Part shown: positions 1 to 13,580 of the stretch, piece by piece
Numbering within the stretch: position 1 is the stretch's first letter
Layout of the letters: each line of letters starts with the position of its first letter
Origin: Styela clava
Taxonomy: Eukaryota
Length of the DNA: 64,000 bases
Direction: 5' to 3'
Assembly: GCF_964204865.1 (NCBI RefSeq)
Contig: NC_135253.1
Span: 8,308,001-8,372,000, forward strand
The notes under the pieces: generated by a model
Seen by the model: the letters and a program-made list of their open reading frames with translations, nothing else
The model's database searches: none
What the model was told of the DNA's origin: nothing
Position numbers and translations under genes: made by a program

Positions 1-175
1 TATTAATGTCGTTTCTTTTCAAATAAATTCCACTCGGGTCCTACTAATTATGGGCTTTATTGACATACAATATTTAATACAGTTTCATCTATACGATTTT
101 ATAACTTAATACTAACTCATTGCCTAACCACTAATTTAAATCACATCACAACTATAAACTTTAAATATGTCGTAC

Positions 176-1076
176 CTTTAGTAATGCAATATCATGGTCG
201 TAGTTGACAGCATTAAATTTTTGGTGTCTTCTGATGGAAGCGATACTAGACATCCTTTGATTTCCACTGAATGTGGAAATGTTATGTTCTCCGAGAATTA
301 CTTTGTACCTTTCTGGTTCATTAGGACTAGAATAAAATAAAATTATTTGGCACACAGTTATTACACTGTATTCAAATTATGTAGGTGTATTTGAATACGA
401 TCTTATTAAACTAAAAAAACAAAGGTATTCCATACTCACAACGCAATACAATGTGCAGCAGTAACAATCCATTTGGAATTAATTAATGTTCCACCACATC
501 TGTGTTCGTCGTTTTGCAATAAATATATCATCCATGGCCAATTTTCTGCATTTTTGCCTCCTAATATAAAATAGATTTTTTTCCATGCAATCATATATAT
601 ATTTTATAGCAATTAAGCAAAGCTTAAATAAATCAAATAATTAACGTCAGACATTTAGAACTTACCAAGAATTCGTGCATTTTTGAGTCCCGAACGAAAT
701 TTTGCCGATGAAAAATCTAAAAAATGAGAAACTTTTTTATTGGAAAACTGAATTAGAAATTAAATTTACGTTATGGGAAATTCAATGTTTATTTTATTTT
801 TGCTTGATTATGATCTACCAAGACAACTTCTATCCGAGTCTGGATACGTTTGAAGCGCAATAAGTTGGACAAAATATTACCTTCATTTTTCACCCCGCAT
901 CTAGTGAATTTATTAAAAGCAACGGTCAAATCATCAGTCAGATTTTGGTAGTTCATATCTTCAGGAGGTTGATAAACGTTTCCAGTCATTAGAAATCCAA
1001 AGAGCATAAGTACACCGGCTGCAATTTTTGGCCCCGCTATAGAGGTAAAAATAGGAGGTGGCACCAATAGAGTCAT
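176..1076 (-). CDS. Trypsin-family (S1A) serine protease zymogen, 5' exons only; the gene continues off the left edge
   Basis: Spliced exons ~1076-881, 716-666, 560-440 and 326-176 have phase-compatible GT-AG junctions. They give ...RCGVKNE/DFSSAKFRSGLKNAR|ILGGKNAENWPWMIYL...HRCGGTLINSKWIVTAAHC...KVILGEHN...NYDHDIALLK, i.e. activation site R|ILGG, His motif TAAHC and Asp motif DIALLK. The Ser motif lies outside the window and the start codon is uncertain. Confidence 0.85.
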
Positions 1077-2114
1077 TATTAAAGTTTCTTGTAGTATACT
1101 CCACGGAAATGTTGAGTTTTTGTATCTGTAGAAAATTTCGTATGCTTGATGGATCTAATTTCTGGCTGTTTTATACTAGAGTTAGAAAGATCCCCACTGC
1201 GTCATTGAAACTATATTAAAACCTTTGAAGTTATTAATAACTTTCCGCAACTACATAATGACTCGTTGCACAAAATTCTGAAGATACTGGACAAATGTGT
1301 GAAATCTAGTTTAAAATTTAGTAAAATATTTTGAATCCCGAAAAATGTTATTTGTTCCTTTAAACGTAAACTGTTTATCCCCAACTAGGTCTCGATGAGA
1401 ATAGAAATGCACTTTTTATTTAGTTTTGCTTTTCACCAAGAAGTCCTGCAATGTTGTTTGTAATTCAATTGTGACATACTAAATAAAAAAATGAATTGGA
1501 CAAAGCACAAGTTTCCCCAATGATCTCAAGTATCTGACGTCAGGTTCAAATTTCATTGACGAGAGGAATCATTAAAAATTTAAAAATATTTTATACGTAA
1601 TATCAAAGCCTCTTTATAGCAAATTGACGAATCAAATTGTACGAAGTTGGAGAATGATTTTATTGAATAATCAAAGAAAATAGAACCTAAAAAGTGACAA
1701 GGAAATATGTAGATGTGCTATTAGTAACATCGATTACTTCCTGTGAAATGCCTAACTCGTGATCAACCATATATTTCTTACTATGTATTTTCGTGCACTA
1801 ATTTTATCTTTATAACTATTAGTTTCGTACAATATTTTTTTACTTGGGAGGGAAATATACTTGGAGTCATACCGAATAATTTTGGAAATAATTCTCCAAA
1901 TATTCAAAAGTAAAAAATGTGCAAGTAAGAAATACTTTTCTCACATAACCCGTACTCTTTTTTTCAAAATGCGTTATATGAAGACGAAGCCTATAAACGT
2001 GATGTCACAAATACTTTATTTATACCATCAGCATAGGTGTTGGTTTATTAATTAATTATGCAAGGTTGGCCGGCCCTTGCGGGTATTATATTGTCATACT
2101 ATTATTCAATAGTG

Positions 2115-3632
2115 CAGTGATTTTCAACCGGTGTTCCGCGGAACACTGGTGTTCCGCAAGAGACCTCCAGGTGTTCCTCGAAAAATTGCTTTTTCGAAGT
2201 ATTATGACGTCATTCGAATAATATAAATAGCGTCGATTTGAAAATGGCGAGTCAGAGTTTTGGAAAGTCGGTATAAAAAACTTGTAACCAGATAAGAAAT
2301 GACAGGCCATATTCCCTTTTAATGGACTTTATCTCGGCGTGTATTTTTAGTGATCCATTCCATTCTTGACCAAATAATGTTTCAAAAATGTGAACATTAT
2401 ACTCGACCACGAAGGGAGTCATCATCGGAGTTGATTACATTCGTTGCATTTTTAAGCTTTTCTTGTAGTAAGAATTAGGGTGTGGAATCATCAAAATCGT
2501 CTAGTGAAGTGTTGATTTTGCAAATAAAATTGTGAATTTGTAGGTAACGATTATAGCTATGATAATGGTCGCGGTATTGTTTTGTTAGAAAAGAAAACGT
2601 GAAAACTTGAGGTGATTTTCTAATCAGTCTCCCCTTCTACTAGGCACAAAAGCAATTGGGCACAAAATTGTTTACAATTTTTTTTCATCTCGCCTAATGA
2701 CCACGTAGAAATGCCTTTATTTCAGCTTTTAAATCAACATTCAGGATTCACGCAATCACAGATTTATCTAATAACAGTATCTAATTGATTTATTTCGGAA
2801 ATAACACAGACACCAGTGTGGAGCATAAGAAACTCAATTATCGTTTTAATAAATGTGTGCTCGATAATGATAATATTATTCGCCTAAAACTGGGACGTTT
2901 AATTTGCAAACGGCGATAAGTTAGATCAAAGTCGGGGCAAACGATAAAAATCAGAATAAAATTAAATTGGAATGTAAAATCGCTCCACAATGTCAATACC
3001 ATCTGTTGTCGATATGAACGCATATAGTTATATCAAAATATGAAACTTCGATCTCCGCCGATCGGCAAGAATTAATAATTGCGCACAAGAAAAAAGGCGG
3101 TAATATGAAAACGTTCAGGGGGCAAAAAAAGTAGCGATTATGACGAAATTAAACAGTAAAAATTGCTTTGTTGCCAATTTTCAATGTTTCTATTAATTTC
3201 CAAATCGACTTCCGACCCTCTGGACTCCTGTTGCGTATAAAAAAAACGCGAGAAATTGAAAGCCGTTGAGAAAGAGCTCTCCCCATTTACAGCCAGAATG
3301 AAATATTTGAAACTCATCGAAACAGACCCAAATATCACATTAATATACCATTTCTGTTTCTAGCTAATCATAGTATTTATAAGCAAACCCGCAAAAACAT
3401 TTATTTGTACCGTACTTTAGCTCTTGTAGCTCTGAATCGGAATGTGTCACGTCTTTTCCAGCTAAAGTTGACAAGCTATATTATTAATTTCGTTATTTTA
3501 TTTTCATGCCGAAATGATCGATGTCAGTTAATTGCATAATATAGTTTATTTTCAAAAATCTCGTTTGGTGTTCCGCCACAACTTTAGATTAGAAAAAGTG
3601 TTCCGCGATACGAAAAAGGTTGAAAACCAATG
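2115..3632. mobile_element. Non-autonomous hAT (Buster/Charlie-type) DNA transposon, ~1.5 kb
   Basis: TIRs CAGTGATTTTCAACC (2115) and GGTTGAAAACCAATG (ends 3632), subterminal GTGTTCCGC repeats at both ends, and 8-bp flanks caatagtg/caatagag (7/8 match, central TA typical of Buster targets). Confidence 0.8.
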
Positions 3633-3792
3633 CAATAGAGGTACAGCGTGTAGCTTATACAGTAGTTGCAAAAACATGTGAGCGTTGGGCATCATTCGCA
3701 AAACGCTCGTAGTCCATTAGAATCGGATAAAATTTCTGCTCATATGTTGTGCAAAGTAGTTTAATTGAAGTTTAAATAAGCTATGGTTGTGT

Positions 3793-6746
3793 GAGTGGCG
3801 GCGCGTGGTCATTTTGACAACCGGGGCAAGCTACTGCGGGACCAAGTCACCCCCATCTACGGGGACAGGATGAGCGCTGTAAGTTCTATCATCATTTTAT
3901 GAGTATAAAAACCATTCCATCGGTAACAACCAATCGGCAAAAGCGACAATTTTTAACGATAAGTAAGTGTCTTTAAAACCGGTCCAAGTCAAGGGATTAA
4001 TAAATATAGACATAATTTATTTTGAAACCTCTTTCAAAAGGAAAGGCAATATTTACCCAGATAAATACAATGACATATTAACAGAAACTTCGGGGAAGCA
4101 GACAAAACCTAAAAGAAGGTTTAAAACGTTACTATGAAGAAAGGAAAGGTAATGCAAAGATAAGGACATGCGTCGCTCACTCATAGATATATATGCTGCT
4201 AGACTTCTACTGCTTGATATATGCAACACGCCGCGGTTTCTTGGAAGCAAAATGCTCAATAACGCGCTGATTAAAGTCATGCATCCCAGAAATAACGTCT
4301 CTGTGAATGGATAAAACAGCCAAGGAATTTAATCTATCTTGCTTCATTGTGTTTCTGAGATACGTTTTAATACGCTTCAGCGTGCTGAATGTTCGCTCTG
4401 CGTCGGCGGAAGAAATAGGCGTCGTCAAAATGATGTCCAGAAATTTTGCAGACGCCGCAAAGGTAGTTACTAGAGTGTTATCTATGAGGAACCCATAGAG
4501 CGCGCAAGTTGATGTGATGTTCTAAAAAGTTTGATTGGTGTATATACATCGCAATTCATTTTCCAATTCACCCACGTTTATCATGGGGTAAAATTTGGAG
4601 ACAGTAGCCAACAAATGGATGGGAAATTGACGTGCAAATTTTGAAAAAATTTTGTGGTTCATCAAAGAGAACGCGGCAAGGTGTTCAGTGCGCAGACGAT
4701 CGCCTATTTGATTCACCAGAATGTCACAGCATTCCTTTGCAGACAAAATCAAACGCTGCGTTGTTTGCCCGCGGCGTAAAGAAGCACTCCATGTGTCGTC
4801 GTATTTTATTGTTTCCCGGATACGAGATACAGCATCGCAGAAGTCTGAAATACACGACTGCACAGACGCTCCATCCATTAGCCTTGACTGCAATGCGCCG
4901 TATAATACATCCACGTGATAGAATATTGTGGAGAAAAAAGAGAGAAAAAATGAAAACTCACCATCTTCTAGCAGACGCTTTAGACCTGCCGCCTCTCTCA
5001 CAGAGCGTTCGTCCCAAACCGGAGAGCTCTGAATGCCATTGCAACACTCAATGAGCTCAGACCTAATTTCGGACACGCCCTGCACCACGCGTGATTGGAA
5101 GTTCCAACGTGTTGGTGCACAAGCTGGGAGACGGCGGCTACATATCTGGCGAAGGAGGTCAGAGCGCTTCGGCGAAACGGAAGAAAATGAAGAAAACCCC
5201 GAAACATTTGCAAAAAAATATACGGACGAGAGGGGTATCAAGACACATATTTTTAATAACGAGGTTAAATTGGTGTGCATAACAATGTGAAAAATGCGCA
5301 TTAGGAAAATCTTCTTTTATATTAACTTGAACACCATGTTTCGACCCACTCATGACTGCCGCGCCGTCATAAGTTTGAGCTATCAATTTCGACTTCGCGT
5401 TGTAAGGCTGTAACACTTTTTTCAGTACAGCCGATATCCCGCAAGCCGTGCGATCAACGATTGGTACAAAGCTGTGAAATCTCTCGGTAGGTTTACCATC
5501 TTTCACAAACCGAAAAATCACAGCCAGTTGGGAAACGCACGTGATGTCAGTTGTCTCGTCAGACTGAATCGAAAGGAACTGGCAATTCTCAATTTCCAGA
5601 GCCAAATGTTGTAAATAAATTTTATACATTGAGTCGAGCAAATCATTTTGGATATCCTTAGATGTCCCTTTCGAAACAGTTGCGGCATCAAGATGATCTC
5701 TCAATACTGTATCTAGGGATGCGGTGTATTCCACCATATCCAAAAATACCCCTCTATTAGAAGAGCCAGCCCGTTCATCCTGCCCACGGAGGGACAGCTC
5801 GTGACAACCAATGAACTTCAAAACATCTATCAATCGACCGAGAACATGGCGGTTTTTCTCGACGTTTTGGTTGTGCCGACGAATAGAAACTGCGCGTCCT
5901 TCATCCAACTGTGCTGCAATATTAACATTTTCGAATGTTCAGTATTTTACTGCATTGTCCAGATGCTCCATAGAAGATTGATGATCCCTGGCACGCTCGG
6001 AAAGATGTTTAAGATCTCTAAAACCAAATTTACACCAACGTGAGTCACGGGCGGTAGCAAAAAGTAGGCAATAAAAACAAAAAAGTGCAAAACACCAAGT
6101 TTCTGCGCAGAATGTACGCCGACGCTTTCCTCCGTCATGGGATTGTTCCAGTGAACAATTTTTTGGTTGATAAGGCCCAAGACTGCGAAAACGGAGTGCG
6201 AAGTAGTGCATCAACCTTATTCATTATGAGGTCTAAGGCTAAGAAATGCGAAGCCGGAAAGAAGTGAGGAGCTCAAAAGGAATGTGGAAAATCGAAAGCA
6301 AATAGACTAAAGGTCTCTAACTGATTCAAATAGCGAAACAAGCGACAAAAACGAAGGCGAGGAAACTATAAACTCTTCAAGCAACCAACGAACGAGAAGG
6401 AATGCGTGAATATGTCAACACGTTGTTGTAAGAAACGTCGGCATTGTGTCGTCATAATTTCGGGGCTAGCCCCGATCGGCCCCGATGATTTAGTAAAAGA
6501 AACAGAAAACAAACGAGACAAACGCGGCGAGTGGAAGATAAAAGAGAGAATACGATATACAATGAGCAACCGGGGCAAAATCGGCGTCGAAAGCTTTGCG
6601 AGCGAAAAATGAACCATGTCGGGAGAATATGGCTAGCGTAGACAGTCTGTGCAACCGATATTGAGGTATTTTTCGAATATTTTTTATTATACCGAAAAAA
6701 CAACCGGGGCATTGCCCCGGTTGGCCCTATTGACGCGCCGCCACTG
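3793..6746 (-). mobile_element. Near full-length hAT transposon (ZMYM1/DUF4371-type transposase), frameshifted
   Basis: TIRs AGTGGCGGCGCGT and ACGCGCCGCCACT, direct repeat ggttgtgt on both flanks (3785-3792, 6746-6753), subterminal CAACCGGGGCA repeats, and internal transposase fragments. Confidence 0.9.
4207..6214 (-). pseudogene. hAT transposase broken into at least 4 frames
   Basis: ORFs 5939-6214 (FCFYCLLF, TTF-type Zn finger), 5159-5908 (LRGQDE, SIQSDETTD, QTYDGAAVMSG, HCYAH), 4522-5301 (PTRWN) and 4207-4428 (SSADAERTFSTLKRIKTYLRNTMKQDRLNSLAVLSI, hATC dimerisation domain). Confidence 0.9.
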
Positions 6747-7569
6747 GTTGTGTCTTTTTTTGAGTGAATAGATTGGAATCGACGGAATAAGAGCAACAGT
6801 ATAAATAGTTGAACATGTTTAAGAAAACACGCCATGTGAGGCAAATAATTAACTTTCAAATACCAAAACACTTACTTGAAGTTTGGGAAACGAGGTTACG
6901 TAAATGAAGAAAAATAATGCATTCGTGGTGCAACATAAGCTAACAATTTTACAGATTGTCGGTATCAAACTATATTTCAAACATGGGTATTATGAGTGCA
7001 TACTCGATAAAAACGTTCGCCTGACCTATTTTTCAGGCTGCATCAGATTGGAATCTTTATTAATCTATTTTTGTGGTAAAATGAATGGTTGACGTAAAAT
7101 GAAAGAGCCCTCTGTTTGAAAACGTCTGCATAACGTCATGTGTCAGACATCAATGAGGTCATTCTAGAAACTGATATTTTATTCAATATTTAAAAAAAAA
7201 TTAACCAAGTAACAAATTGTTTGAAAAAATGGTGAGCGTCTTTATTCACGAAACACTTAATCTTTAACAACCAAATACGGCACTCGAAACGGATACTTTT
7301 TAAATTAACGAGTCTTCTTCGCTGGTAGTCATTTCAATTAACAATCTTCATACGTCTCTTTGTCTTAGTTATATATAGTTTATTTTAAAGCCACTGTGTA
7401 ATAATTGTTACCTAAAATTAGAATGACCGATTAATAATATTTTTTGATGTTCAAGATAAGCGGTGATATTAAAGTTGCAAAGTTTTTGATTTCTCGGGCA
7501 TATTAAATATTTCGTAGATATTTTTATTCAACTTCCCAAGCCTCTTTGTGGTTTAGGTATTTGTTTGTA

Positions 7570-7613
7570 CCAGCAGATGGCGCTCTCAATAACAGGCTCG
7601 TTACCATGGTGAG
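7570..7613 (+). promoter_or_regulatory. Candidate CTCF motif plus RFX X-box upstream of DRC10/IQCD
   Basis: CCAGCAGATGGCGC (7570-7583) fits the CTCF core CCASYAGRKGGCRS. GTTACCATGGTGAG (7600-7613) matches the X-box palindrome GTTACCATGGTAAC at 12/14 and lies ~100 bp upstream of a motile-cilia gene ATG. Confidence 0.5.
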
Positions 7614-7714
7614 CTGAACCATGCGTGACAAAATAAAACAGCTATACGACTTTTTAGAAATTTCTGGCGATTATCTGTTTAATTTAACTTACAGTTTCTG
7701 AATTACCCTAGAAT

Positions 7715-10700
7715 ATGACGGAAGTTCTTACAGTTCAACACACAAGAGATGTTGGTGCGGGTGTTTTGCTTCCGCCGCTCAACTTGAAGAGCAAGAAGTC
7801 AAACAGGACCAGGAGTGGAAGCGCCAACAGCCAACAGGTTGAACAACAATTTGTGTCTAGTGTAGTTTCGTAGGGTGGTGTAGCCAGTCTGCGGACGGTT
7901 TCATTCAAACCGCTATAAAACAAAAACCAATATATCTATCCTGTTAATTTTTTCACCAGAGGTGCATTGGCATTCATTCTACACGCTTAACCTCGAATTA
8001 ACTTTCTACGACCAGGGGTTAAAGCTATACAAACCACCAAAGTACGACACTCAAAAGACATATTTGCGACCGAACGACCAGTGTGAGATCACAGATTTTG
8101 GGGTCTGGTATAGTTTAGTACCACATGCACTTTTAGTTGGCCTGGCTCAACAATTTTTGCATATGTCAATCCTAACCCCCACCTGACTACGTCACCGAAA
8201 AATTACGTCATTTCGACGTCACAGTGGCGTAATAAGACCCACCAAAGTATGCGGATGATCGTCCAAAACGCGCAGACGGTCACCCGAAATTGAGCAAGCT
8301 ATTTCTCTCGTTTTCTCGTCACAACGATCACGATCGGAGAGAGATCGTCGGCGTTAGCGACTCGTTATCGGCGGCGCAGGTGCCATTTCAGCGATCGTAA
8401 TTATACTTTTGCAATCCTATGACGTGAAGGTGGCGTCGTAGTGACGGAATTTTTTGATAGCATAGTCAGGTAGGGGTTAGAAATAACATATGCAAAATTC
8501 GTTATGCTACGCCCACTGGAAGTACTTGTGGTACTAAACCATACTAGACCCGGATTTTGTGCCTTGAAAATCGTTTCTGCTGCGTCGAAACTACAACATA
8601 CACGGCCATGTGAGAAAAAATTAGGCTTCCCATTGCATTTCTGACCGTCATAGATTTTAAGAACACAGTTTTTTTGAACACAACTCGTCAAATTACAAAC
8701 AAAGCACCGCTTTACAGCAATCAAATACACAAAAACATGGTGGTCGCAAATTGGTCGACAAAGATATTATTGACCTATTGGAAATGCATTCCCCATTCTC
8801 CCTTCCTTAAATGTGGAAACGTGAAACTTTAAAAGATGGTTAAAAGTAATACAACTCTACCCAACTGACAAGTTTCATCTTTTTATTTCTTGTATTTCTA
8901 TGGATTTTCAAGCTTTACTACGGGGACAATAGGTAGTTGGCGACATGAAAAAATGATTTTTTTTTTGGTCAGGTTTTCGGTCGTAACTTCGTTGTTTGTG
9001 GCCCAATTTTAGTGTAATTTTGCAGAGCTATGGGGGATAAGTGGACGATAACGCGTGGGAAATATTGTTGCTGTTCCTTAATTTTTTCAGCAATAATAAC
9101 ATCGATGAAGTTGATGGTCGCAAAGTGGCTAAGCCACCCTATGAACTGATTGGGATGTACTGACCTAGTTTACTCAAAATATGAAATATTAGCTCATTTC
9201 TATTCATGGATTTTTTATGTGATAGCGAAATTAGAATGAGAGAATTTCTGAATGCACATACTAAGTTATTCAAGGGATTTATTAATTAGCATATATCTAT
9301 CTGCATGTCAAATATCAATATATCTAAATAATGCCAGATTATATTTTCAGGGTGTAGCTGCTGCCTTACGTATTCTTGATCCAGCAAGAAAAAAGTTGGG
9401 AACTGTGGAAACCCAACGAATTATTGCTTGCCTTGATGAAACAATTAGACGACATGAACTTCTTGCAATTCTTCCGACTATCACTTTGCAACTCGCAAGA
9501 TTCAGTGTTTCCTTAGGGAATGAGCTTGTTGCAGCAATTCAGACACACAAGTAAGATTAATAATACATGGTGTATATATTTGATAGAATATATTCCTAAA
9601 TAACAAGAAATTTTGATATTTTATCAAAATATTTTCAGAGAAAAATGCGCCCTACTCGAAGATGTCACCAAATATTCCAAAGATTCTGAAAAACTTGAGA
9701 AGTTAAGATTAGAAGTGTCTGAATCATGCAAGAATGTTATGCGAGAATTTTCTTTAAATCCTGCTGTTGCGACTGCACTTAGACGTGACTTAATTCTTGA
9801 AAGTACTGAACAAATTATTACACATCAGGATGCAAAAATTATTGAGGCACTGAAAGGTAATTCATCCAAAATAACTCCTACATTCGGCACTGAAAACAAT
9901 TTAAGTTATACTGAAGGAGAGGAAAGCCGACGACTTAATCACGAGGCATATAAACCTGGTTCCCAGTGGGGTATGGGATTAGTTAGCCAGTTATTTATCT
10001 CAGATGCATGGACTTAATGGTGGAGGAAGCAGAAACCGTAATCGGCCAGTGGCTATGTGAATTCAATTGTGATTTTATTCATTTTGAAACTAAATGCAGT
10101 GCTTTTATCTTAAAATGAAATTGTCTGAACGCAGCAATTTTCTGCTTTTTATAAAACATGACTGAAGACCAAAAATGTATAAAAACAATATTTTTCTCAA
10201 GAATTAAGAGCGATCATGCTTGAATTGTTACTGACAACACCAGCTGAGGAATCGGATAGATCAAGTTATTTGGATCAAGTTTCGAAAAGGGAAAAGCAAA
10301 ATTCTACTGTTATAAATAAACTACAGGCACAACTTGATTCTGCAATCGAAGTAAGGATTATGCATTTTATTTTTATAATATAATTATTTTTTTTTTCTTC
10401 AAGCTAAATTGTTTTCATAGAAGTATTCAGGTATTATCGCATTTTTAAGGAAATGTAAAACAGGTGATAAATTTAATTGTGACTTTCGAGGTTTAATTGT
10501 AATTAATTTCCCATGTTTATGGTTTAGGTTCGTTTTTTTTTTCAAGAAGCCTGCTTCAAGTTTGTGTATACGAGCACATTTTATGCAGATTATACACCTA
10601 ATTTTGTGTTGGTATGGTTTAACTTTTGCATTATTTTTTCTGCTACCTGAACTGCCAGTGCTTGAAGTAGAGTTAATATTTTAATTCAGTAGAAAATAAT

Positions 10701-13580
10701 TTTTGATAAAATAAGCCTGTTAATGTAAATTCATTCAGGATAAAGAACAAGAGACGAGTAAAAAAACAGAAACAATTCGAAGATTGAAAAATGATTTGTT
10801 TCAAATTGAACAATTCTCTGAAGAACATATCAGAAGGACAAAAACAGAATCTGATAAACAACAGGTACTTCGCTTTGATAAGACAAGACAGATTTCACAT
10901 CCTGTTTTAATTTTTAACCAGAAAATTAGCTCATTCGCGCATCAGAATTTGATTACGCAAGGAGATGATATTATGCTGACTTGCCGGTAATTCCAAAAGC
11001 TTCAAACCTTACCAAGTTCTCACGATAAAAAGCGTGCACGCACACACACAATCGCTTGTGAAGGTGGATTGTCTTATCATACAGCTGGTGACTTGTACAT
11101 TCTGTGATTGGTTGTTTAACACCTGACGCTTGTACAGTCTGTGATTGGTTTGTTTTCGTCGCTCGCTTGTGCAGGTGTGATTGTCTTATCATAGGCAATT
11201 AACGGCGCACGACTTTTAATCACCTTTACGACATGTTATCCGTTAAGGGGGATAAGGTCTCTTATCGAAATTAACCGCGTTGTGGGCGATCAAAGGAAAT
11301 TGTTTTATGATGACTCAGGGACTCTCTTAAACTCCTGACAACAATCCCTTCCACTAATACAAATCACGACGCATGAAAAGCAATATAGTCTTTATTAACA
11401 AGAATTTACAAGTAAGAGTTACGAGTAAGAATCTACGTTCGTCGCTAACAAACAGAAATGATAAACGTGAGAAATATTTGTGTTACAGCAAATTTATTTT
11501 CTTTCTGCGACTTTCTTAGGGCGTCTGGCGTGTTAAGAGATTCATAACCATTTATAAGAATGTGTTAATAGAGCGTTATTTCTTTCCTTGAACGAACAAG
11601 GAACGAAATTAATCGCCAATGTGGCGATCAAAGGAAATTGTTTTATTTAACATAAATTAACAAGTAAGAGTTACGTGTAATAATCCACCTACGGCCCATG
11701 CTGAAACGATAAACGTGAGAAATGCTTGCGATACAGTATTTTTGTTCTCTTTCTACGTTTTTCTTAAGTCGTCCCGCGTGTAACGATTCGAAGGACCGAC
11801 AGGCTTATTCGCGAATTTTTATAAAATCGCCTTTTTAAGGCCGTTTTTAGGGAGTCGGCCTATTAGCGATATAGGCGTAATTTCGAGTAAATACGGACTA
11901 TATAATTTGAGTAAAATATAACAATATTAATGAAAAATCTTTTTTTGTATATAGTTGTATTGTTCACCACCATGCTTTAAATTGCTATCTCGGTTTTTAT
12001 ATTAAAATACTAAATTCCTTTCATTAGTAGTGATTTTTTATTTTAACTATCAAGTTTTATTTAGTGGCAAAATTGATTATGCTCACAAAATACATAGAAA
12101 CAATTATTATGGTGGAATAGAAAATAAATTTGATGCATATTTTTTCAGTTTGAAAGAAAGAATTAAAAAATATGTTATCAAGTCCTATGCCTCGAATACA
12201 TTTTCAGCGAAACCAACCATACTGGTAATCTCATAGCTGATGTTCCGCACATTAAAATACTTTTCTTGTCAACAGGCTTCTGATACCAGGAATAGTGATG
12301 CAAAACAATCCAAATTGAAATCAGACATTGATCAAGTTCAGGATCAATTCAGTAGAATGTTGCAAGAGAATAGAGAAGTTGAACAAGGTCTTCGAAAAGT
12401 AAGATTTTGTGAAACAAACTGTCTATGTTTTGGAAATATAGATGTAAATGGTAAATTTAAAATCAGTTTATTGAAGGCTATTCTGAACATTCAATTACAA
12501 GAATGATGGTTTGTTGGTGTTGAGGGATGATTATTCCAAGATAAACTAGAATATCTAAACATGGTTTAGCAATAGACACATGGTAGAAATGCACTTCTAT
12601 GCAATCTAGACATTTACTGTGGTTTGCCATGTGTTCAATTCAGTATAATACACTATTATTGACATTAATTTTAAATTTATTCAGCGCAAGTACAAAATAG
12701 AAACTGAAGTTGAAAACTGGATCCAGAAATACGATCAAGATATGGGTGACAGGCAGAATGAATATGAACAGATAGACAAAGTCTATACTGAAGAGAAGAA
12801 ACAATTGAGGTAGAAGTTGTGTTGTAGTACAAAAAAGTAGTGACATGTAAATATTCTTTATTTTGGGAGGGCCGGAATACTAGTTGAGTTTTTCACAAGA
12901 GGTAGTTTAAACATATAAAAATATATATTATAGTTATGACAAACAATGTTCTTTATCCATGCTAATAGTTAAGAGTGAATTATATTTTTTTTCCCTTTAC
13001 TAGCGAGTTGGAAGAAAAATTCAAGGTATTGGAAGAAGAATACAATAAAATTATGGAAGAGAGAAGGATCGCAAGAGAAAAGAGGGAACAAGAAGAGAGA
13101 GAACTTGCTGCAAATATCAAGGTATGACAACATTCAAATATGTATGCTACTTCTGAAATCTGCATAACAACATCCCTCGTAAGCTATGCAAACTGTACAA
13201 TAACGAGTATGAATTGCCCATATCACTGTTTAATGATCTCTCAAAGATTGAACAACGAAATAACACAGTTTTTATGCATAGTGAGGAAGGCACGAAGATT
13301 TTTCAAATAGGATGGAATGTAAAAAAAGATTGGGAAGAATGACTGTCTGAATGCATTATATTATGTAGGTCCTAATCTCAGATTGGCACAAGAATAGTTT
13401 CAAAATGGAGAAAAATGTGTTTTTTATCGCCTTGGATAATACTAATATATATCAATTTTGTTCTTCTAGGCTGCAGTGACCATTCAAGCTTACTTCAGAG
13501 CATACAAGGTGAGAAAAGCATTGAAAAACAAATCAAAGAAGGGAGGAAAGAAAGGAGGAAAAAAGAAAGGAAAGAAATAA
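7715..13580 (+). CDS. IQCD: Dynein regulatory complex protein 10 / IQ domain-containing protein D (9 coding exons)
   Basis: Exons ~7715-7837, 9351-9550, 9639-9856, 10202-10350, 10739-10864, 12276-12398, 12685-12809, 13004-13121 and 13470-13580 join in phase. Motifs: LRILDPARKKL, ELRAIMLELLLTTP, RKYKIETEVENWIQKYDQDMG, C-terminal IQ motif AAVTIQAYFRAYKVRK and a Lys/Gly-rich tail. Confidence 0.9.
7873..9139. mobile_element. Non-autonomous TIR DNA element filling IQCD intron 1; superfamily unresolved
   Basis: Left end GGGTGGTGTAGCCAGTCTGCG versus reverse complement of right end GGGTGGCTTAGCCACTTTGCG. TA on both flanks. No transposase ORF. Confidence 0.65.
9915..10062 (+). repeat. Dispersed repeat (SINE-like fragment), second copy at ~26935-27095
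   Basis: Shared block GAGGAAAGCCGA...GTGGGGTAT..GATTAGTTAGCCAGTTATTT.T.TCAGAT.CATG.ACTT.AT.GT.GAGGAAG in introns of IQCD and SHPK. Confidence 0.55.
11265..11790. repeat. Degenerate internal tandem duplication within an intronic repeat
   Basis: GGCGATCAAAGGAAATTGTTTTAT at ~11285 and ~11623. ACAAGTAAGAGTTACG and GATAAACGTGAGAAAT each occur twice in the same order. Confidence 0.55.

Noticed and set aside
4632-5290. Plus-strand ORFs overlapping the hAT transposase
   Set aside because: Antisense shadows of GC-richer coding sequence with no recognisable motifs.
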